Source of the DNA: Longimicrobiales bacterium
Lineage (GTDB): Bacteria; Gemmatimonadota; Gemmatimonadetes; Longimicrobiales; Gaopeijiaceae
NCBI GenBank assembly: GCA_965249725.1
Contig: CBDFMQ010000002.1
Coordinates: 2,272,001 to 2,336,000 of the forward strand
DNA length: 64,000 nucleotides
Direction of reading: 5' to 3'
This document shows, piece after piece, positions 59,736 through 64,000 of this stretch. The notes beneath the pieces were generated by a model, which made no database searches, was not told the origin of the DNA, and was given only the letters and a program-made list of their open reading frames with translations. Both the position numbers and the translations under genes were made by a program. The first letter of the stretch is position 1. Each line of letters opens with the position of its first letter.

Positions 59736-60086
59736 CTAGTTGGTCCGCTTCTCCCGGATCCGGGCCGCCTTGCCGCGTAGACCTCTCAGGTAGTAGAGCT
59801 TCGCCCGCCGCACTCTTCCGCGTCGGACGACCTCGACACCCGTGACGGTCGGGGCATGAAGCGGGAATACCCGCTCGACGCCAACGCCGCTGGAGATCTT
59901 ACGGACGGTGAAGGTCGCGCCGGTTCCGCCGCCACGGCGGCCGATGCAGACTCCCTCAAAGGCCTGGATGCGCTCCTTGACCCCTTCCCGGACATTGTAC
60001 AACACGCGGACCGTGTCACCGGGAGCGAAATCGGGATTGTCGTCCCGCAGCTCCGCCTTTTCGATTTCTTGTATCAGATCAGACAT
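59736..60086 (-). CDS. rplS: 50S ribosomal protein L19
   Basis: [10 protein letters not shown]...[16 protein letters not shown]...RAKLYYLR. Confidence 0.97.
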   Translation of the reverse strand: MSDLIQEIEKAELRDDNPDFAPGDTVRVLYNVREGVKERIQAFEGVCIGRRGGGTGATFTVRKISSGVGVERVFPLHAPTVTGVEVVRRGRVRRAKLYYLRGLRGKAARIREKRTN

Positions 60087-60204
60087 TGTGGTCCTCGTGG
60101 GTCGGGCGGAACGCCCTGTTCGTCAGAAACCTGTAAAATAATGCCGGGCCGGGCAGGGGTGAAGAGGTGGGAGTTATTAGTTTCACCGACCCGCCCGAGA
60201 ACCG

Positions 60205-60900
60205 CTATTCCTCTTCCTGCTGCCGAGAAAGACGAGCCGACAGGCGGGCCGCCTCGGCCCGCCGCCACTCTTCGATCTTGGCGTGGTCCCCCGTGCGAAG
60301 CACCTCGGGTACCTCATGTCCCCGATACTCGGCCGGCCGCGTATAGGAGGGCGCACTGAGAAAGCCCTCGTCGTAGAACGAATCGGTGGAAGCGGAGTCG
60401 TGATCACTCATCGCCCCAGGAAGGAGCCGCACCACCGCATCCGTCACGGCCAGAGCGCCGATCTCTCCCCCGGAAAGGACGAATCGCCCCAGGGAGACCT
60501 CCTCGGTTGCGAGATGGTCCGCCACACGCTGGTCTACGTCCTTGTAGTGGCCGCACAGTAGCGTCACCTCGGGTTGGACTGAGTAGCGGACGGCATCCGT
60601 GTGCTCGAACACCTTCCCGCGAGCCGAGAGCAGCACGACCGGTCCCGAAGGCTCAATGCTGTCCACCGCCTCGAAGAAGGGCTCGGGTTTCATCACCATG
60701 CCGGCCCCACCCCCGTAGGGAGTGTCGTCCACGGTGCGATGCCGATCGTGCGTGAAGTCCCTGAGGTCCACGATGCGATAGCGCACCAGTCCGGCCTGCT
60801 CAGCACGAGCGGGAATGCTCGTCGCCAACGGTTCGCGGAAGAAATCGGGGAAGATCGTGACGATGTTGATCGTCAGGGGCGGCCGCCCGGCGTCAGTCAT
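60205..60900 (-). CDS. trmD: tRNA (guanine37-N1)-methyltransferase
   Basis: VDDTPYGGGAGMVM, SLGRFVLSGGE. Confidence 0.95.
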   Translation of the reverse strand: MTDAGRPPLTINIVTIFPDFFREPLATSIPARAEQAGLVRYRIVDLRDFTHDRHRTVDDTPYGGGAGMVMKPEPFFEAVDSIEPSGPVVLLSARGKVFEHTDAVRYSVQPEVTLLCGHYKDVDQRVADHLATEEVSLGRFVLSGGEIGALAVTDAVVRLLPGAMSDHDSASTDSFYDEGFLSAPSYTRPAEYRGHEVPEVLRTGDHAKIEEWRRAEAARLSARLSRQQEEE

Positions 60901-61435
60901 CGAGCAGCCCCTCCGGAGGATCGAGAACGATCCGGTTCTCCTCCACGCTCACCGACTCGACCATCTGTGAGATGTAGGGAATCAAGATGCTCTTCTCGGG
61001 GCCCCGGATCTCCAGGAGATCCGCCGGCCGCAACTCGTATACCTCGGTAACCTCGCCGAGCTCGCGACCGTCCACCGTCACGACCTCCATGCCCAGCAGA
61101 TCATGATAGAAGACCTCACCTTCCTCCAAGTCGGGCACGTCTCCGATATCACGCAAGACGTACCGGTCGCACAGAGCCTCCGAGCCACTTCGGTCGTACA
61201 CGCCCTCGAAGCCGACGAGAAAGCCTCGCCGGTACGGGCGGCTCGTCTCGATACGACGGGTTGGGCGATCGGGTGACAAGACGCCCTCGGCATCCGCCAG
61301 GTACAGAACCACCCCGGGAGCGAACGTGCTCTCGGGGTGGCTCGTGAGAGGCCAGATGAAGACCTCGCCCTTCGTGCCATGCGCCTTATTGAGGTGCCCC
61401 ACTACCAGGTGCTTCGGGGCGTCCGTCTTACCCAT
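60893..61435 (-). CDS. rimM: Ribosome maturation factor
   Basis: HGTKGEV, FYHDLLGMEV, LIPY; conserved synteny. Confidence 0.92.
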   Translation of the reverse strand: MGKTDAPKHLVVGHLNKAHGTKGEVFIWPLTSHPESTFAPGVVLYLADAEGVLSPDRPTRRIETSRPYRRGFLVGFEGVYDRSGSEALCDRYVLRDIGDVPDLEEGEVFYHDLLGMEVVTVDGRELGEVTEVYELRPADLLEIRGPEKSILIPYISQMVESVSVEENRIVLDPPEGLLDD

Positions 61436-61462
61436 GGTCCAGGGGCCTCCAGTCTCGGAGCG

Positions 61463-62347
61463 TTACTCCGACTCCTTCTCCTCATCCTCTTCGGCATCGG
61501 CCTCTTCAGCTGCTTCGGCTTCAGGCTCAGCTTCCGCCTCGGCGCTGGGCTCTTCGGCAGCCTCGGCCTCCGGGGCCTCCTCTTCAGCTGCTTCAGCCTC
61601 GGGCTCAGCTTCTGCTTCGACCTCTGGTTCTTCGGCTGCCTCAGCCTCGACGGCCTCCTCCTCGGCAGCTTCAGCCTCGGGCTCTTCGGTGGCTTCGGCC
61701 TCCGGGGCCTCCTCTTCAGCTGCCTCAGCCTCGGGCTCTTCGGCAGCCTCGGCCTCCGGGGCCTCCTCTTCAGCTGCTTCAGCCTCGGGCTCGGCTTCTG
61801 CTTCGGCCTCTGGTTCTTCGGCTGCCTCAGCCTCGACGGCCTCCTCCTCGGCAGCTTCAGCCTCGGGCTCTTCGGTGGCTTCAGCCACAGGCTCCGCTTC
61901 CTCTTCAGCCTCGACGGCTTCGGCCGCGGCGGCTTCCGCAGCTTCGACCTCGGCAGCCGCGGCGGCGGCAGTGGCCTGAGCCGCTTCAGCCGTAGCGGCG
62001 GCTTCGCGGGCTTTGGTCTCGGCCTTGCGACGGTCCTCCAGAGCGGCGGCCTTGAGAGCCTTCGCCTCCTCGGGATCGAGCTCGCCCAAAGCGACCGAAG
62101 CGTCTCCACCCTTGCGGGCCTTGTTGAGCAAGGTGCGCACGGTGTCGGAGGGCTCGGCGCCCTTGGCGATCCACTCATCGGCCTTTTCGAGGTCCACGAT
62201 GAGACGGGCCGGCTCAGTCAGAGGCTTGTAGTACCCGAGCGTCTCGACGAATCGGCCATCGCGCGGAGCTTTGGAGTCGGCTACCACGATGCGATAGTGG
62301 GCCTGCTTCTTACGGCCCATGCGGCGAAGTCTGATTTTTGCTGACAT
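61463..62347 (-). CDS. rpsP: 30S ribosomal protein S16 with long acidic tail
   Basis: KIRLRRMGRKKQAHYRIVVADS..PRDGRFVE.LGYY.P. Confidence 0.95.
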   Translation of the reverse strand: MSAKIRLRRMGRKKQAHYRIVVADSKAPRDGRFVETLGYYKPLTEPARLIVDLEKADEWIAKGAEPSDTVRTLLNKARKGGDASVALGELDPEEAKALKAAALEDRRKAETKAREAAATAEAAQATAAAAAAEVEAAEAAAAEAVEAEEEAEPVAEATEEPEAEAAEEEAVEAEAAEEPEAEAEAEPEAEAAEEEAPEAEAAEEPEAEAAEEEAPEAEATEEPEAEAAEEEAVEAEAAEEPEVEAEAEPEAEAAEEEAPEAEAAEEPSAEAEAEPEAEAAEEADAEEDEEKESE

Positions 62348-62402
62348 ATGTGCTTTCCAGTCGGTCCCTATAGGCCGGTAGTCCCGGCGTCTGCCTCAAT
62401 CA

Positions 62403-63725
62403 TCAGAAGGGCATCATGCCCTTCATCTGCTTCATGAACTTCTGTGTTTCCTTGAACTGCTTCATCAGCCGGTTCACTTCCGCCACCGACCGTCCACTTC
62501 CTTTGGCGATCCTCGCCCGCCTCGATCCGTCCAGGATCTCCGGCCTACGTCGCTCACCCGGCGTCATCGAGAGGATGATGGCTTCAACATGCTTCATCCT
62601 CTTCGGGTCAACCCCTCCTGCGGGCATCGCCTTCGCCGCCCCGGGTATCATTTTCAACACCTGTTCCAAGGGCCCCATCTTCTGGACCTGCCTCATGGCG
62701 GTCAAGAAGTCCTCGAGCGTGAAGCGACCCCGGAGCATCTGCTCCTGGAGCTTCTCCTGGGTCTCGGTGTCCATGGCCTGTTCGGCCCGTTCCACCAAAC
62801 CCACCACGTCGCCCATCTGGAGGATCCGTCCGGCCAACCGCTCCGGATCGGCCAATTCCAAATCGTCGACCGTCTCGCCTACGCCCACGAACTTGATGGG
62901 CTTTCCGACGACGCCACGAATGGAGAGCGCCGCTCCCCCTCGTGCATCACCGTCCATCTTGGTGAGGATCACCCCCGTCAGGCCCAACGCCTCGTCGAAC
63001 CCTTCGGCGATCTTCACCGCCTCCTGACCGGTCATGGCGTCGGCCACCAGGAGAATCTCCTGGGGCTCGAGGTCCCCCTTCAACCGGCGCAACTCGTCCA
63101 TCATCGGCTCGTCGATCTGCAGCCTTCCGGCCGTATCGACGATGAGGACCGACCTGTGGTCCCGCCTGGCGACCTCGACGGCCGCCTTCGCCACTTCTAC
63201 CGGGTCGCTGCCCGGCTCGCCCGCCGCGTTGCCCGCCGAGCTCCCCTGGTGGACCGGCACGCCGATCTGTTCTCCCAGCGTGACCAGCTGGTCCACCGCA
63301 GCGGGCCGATACAAATCGCAAGCCGCCAACAGCGGCTCCCGGCCCTCCTTGGCCAAACGCTTCGCGAGCTTCGCCACAGTGGTCGTCTTACCCGACCCCT
63401 GCAGACCCACCACCATGAAGATGGTCGGCACCGACGAAGCCCAATGCAGCGTGGGCTTACCCTCACCCAGCAGGTTCGCGAGCTCGTCATGGACGATCTT
63501 CACGATCTGCTGTCCCGGAGACACGGCCTTTACGACCTGCTCCCCCAGCGCGCGCTCCTGCACCTGCTGGAGGAATTCCCGCGTCACCTTGTAGTTGACG
63601 TCGGCCTCGAGCAGCACCCGCCGGACCTCACGGAGCCCATCCTTGATCATGGGCTCAGTCAGGATACCCCGCTGTCGGAACTTCCCGAGAGCGCTATCAA
63701 GCTTCTTGCCGAGTTCATCGAACAT
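62403..63725 (-). CDS. ffh: Signal recognition particle protein
   Basis: GLQGSGKTT, DTAGR, TKMDGDARGG, Met-rich M domain. Confidence 0.97.
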   Translation of the reverse strand: MFDELGKKLDSALGKFRQRGILTEPMIKDGLREVRRVLLEADVNYKVTREFLQQVQERALGEQVVKAVSPGQQIVKIVHDELANLLGEGKPTLHWASSVPTIFMVVGLQGSGKTTTVAKLAKRLAKEGREPLLAACDLYRPAAVDQLVTLGEQIGVPVHQGSSAGNAAGEPGSDPVEVAKAAVEVARRDHRSVLIVDTAGRLQIDEPMMDELRRLKGDLEPQEILLVADAMTGQEAVKIAEGFDEALGLTGVILTKMDGDARGGAALSIRGVVGKPIKFVGVGETVDDLELADPERLAGRILQMGDVVGLVERAEQAMDTETQEKLQEQMLRGRFTLEDFLTAMRQVQKMGPLEQVLKMIPGAAKAMPAGGVDPKRMKHVEAIILSMTPGERRRPEILDGSRRARIAKGSGRSVAEVNRLMKQFKETQKFMKQMKGMMPF

Positions 63726-63874
63726 CGGCGACCGATCCTCCTCGTTGACGACCCAACCCGCTCACCTCACGACCAGGTACGTACGAGGTGGATGCGACAA
63801 AGCTTTGAAAGATAAGAGTTCCGCGGGATGGCCTCAACGGGTGTACGGAAGCGGAGCCGCTGGGCCCCGGCAAC

Positions 63875-64000
63875 CTACACCCGGATGATCTGGCTCCGTC
63901 GTGTTCCTACAGAAACCATCTGCACCGGGGTGCCGGTTACCTCTTCGATCCGATCCAGGTATCGACGAGCCGCCGCAGGCAGGTCCGTCAGAGAGCGGGC
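63875..64000 (-). CDS. purA: Adenylosuccinate synthetase, C-terminal end
   Basis: Manual translation ARSLTDLPAAARRYLDRIEEVTGTPVQMVSVGTRRSQII. Confidence 0.8.
   Translation of the reverse strand, partial: ARSLTDLPAAARRYLDRIEEVTGTPVQMVSVGTRRSQIIRV

Noticed and set aside
61326..63815. Long plus-strand ORFs opposite rpsP and ffh (and similar shadows elsewhere)
   Set aside because: Antisense shadows caused by high-GC codon bias and low-complexity repeats.

Overview
GC-rich bacterial chromosome segment; gene style suggests Gemmatimonadota (inference only). The right end is core genome (purA 3' end, ffh-rpsP-rimM-trmD-rplS-rnhB). Left of it lie three secreted lipoproteins with silaffin-like Lys-Ser-X repeats, an ArsM-like methyltransferase/radical SAM/phosphoesterase/flavoprotein operon and tRNA-Lys(UUU). 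Downstream of the tRNA is a long accessory region of tandem tRNA-anchored islands. The main finding is an integron-like gene-cassette system: about 13 cassette intervals at 8.6-20.6 kb and a second, integrase-less array at 42.3-46.6 kb. Cassettes are separated by ~145-bp branched-hairpin sites or by 28-bp dif-like 11-6-11 mini-sites, and most cassettes have their own mutually complementary ends. The adjacent tyrosine recombinase is co-oriented with the cassettes, internally deleted, and lacks the IntI-specific insertion. Also present: an IS110/IS1111-type element with candidate bridge-RNA guides, an IS3 that splits a blaI/blaR1-like pair, and five toxin-antitoxin modules. All product calls come from visual motif recognition; no database searches were run.
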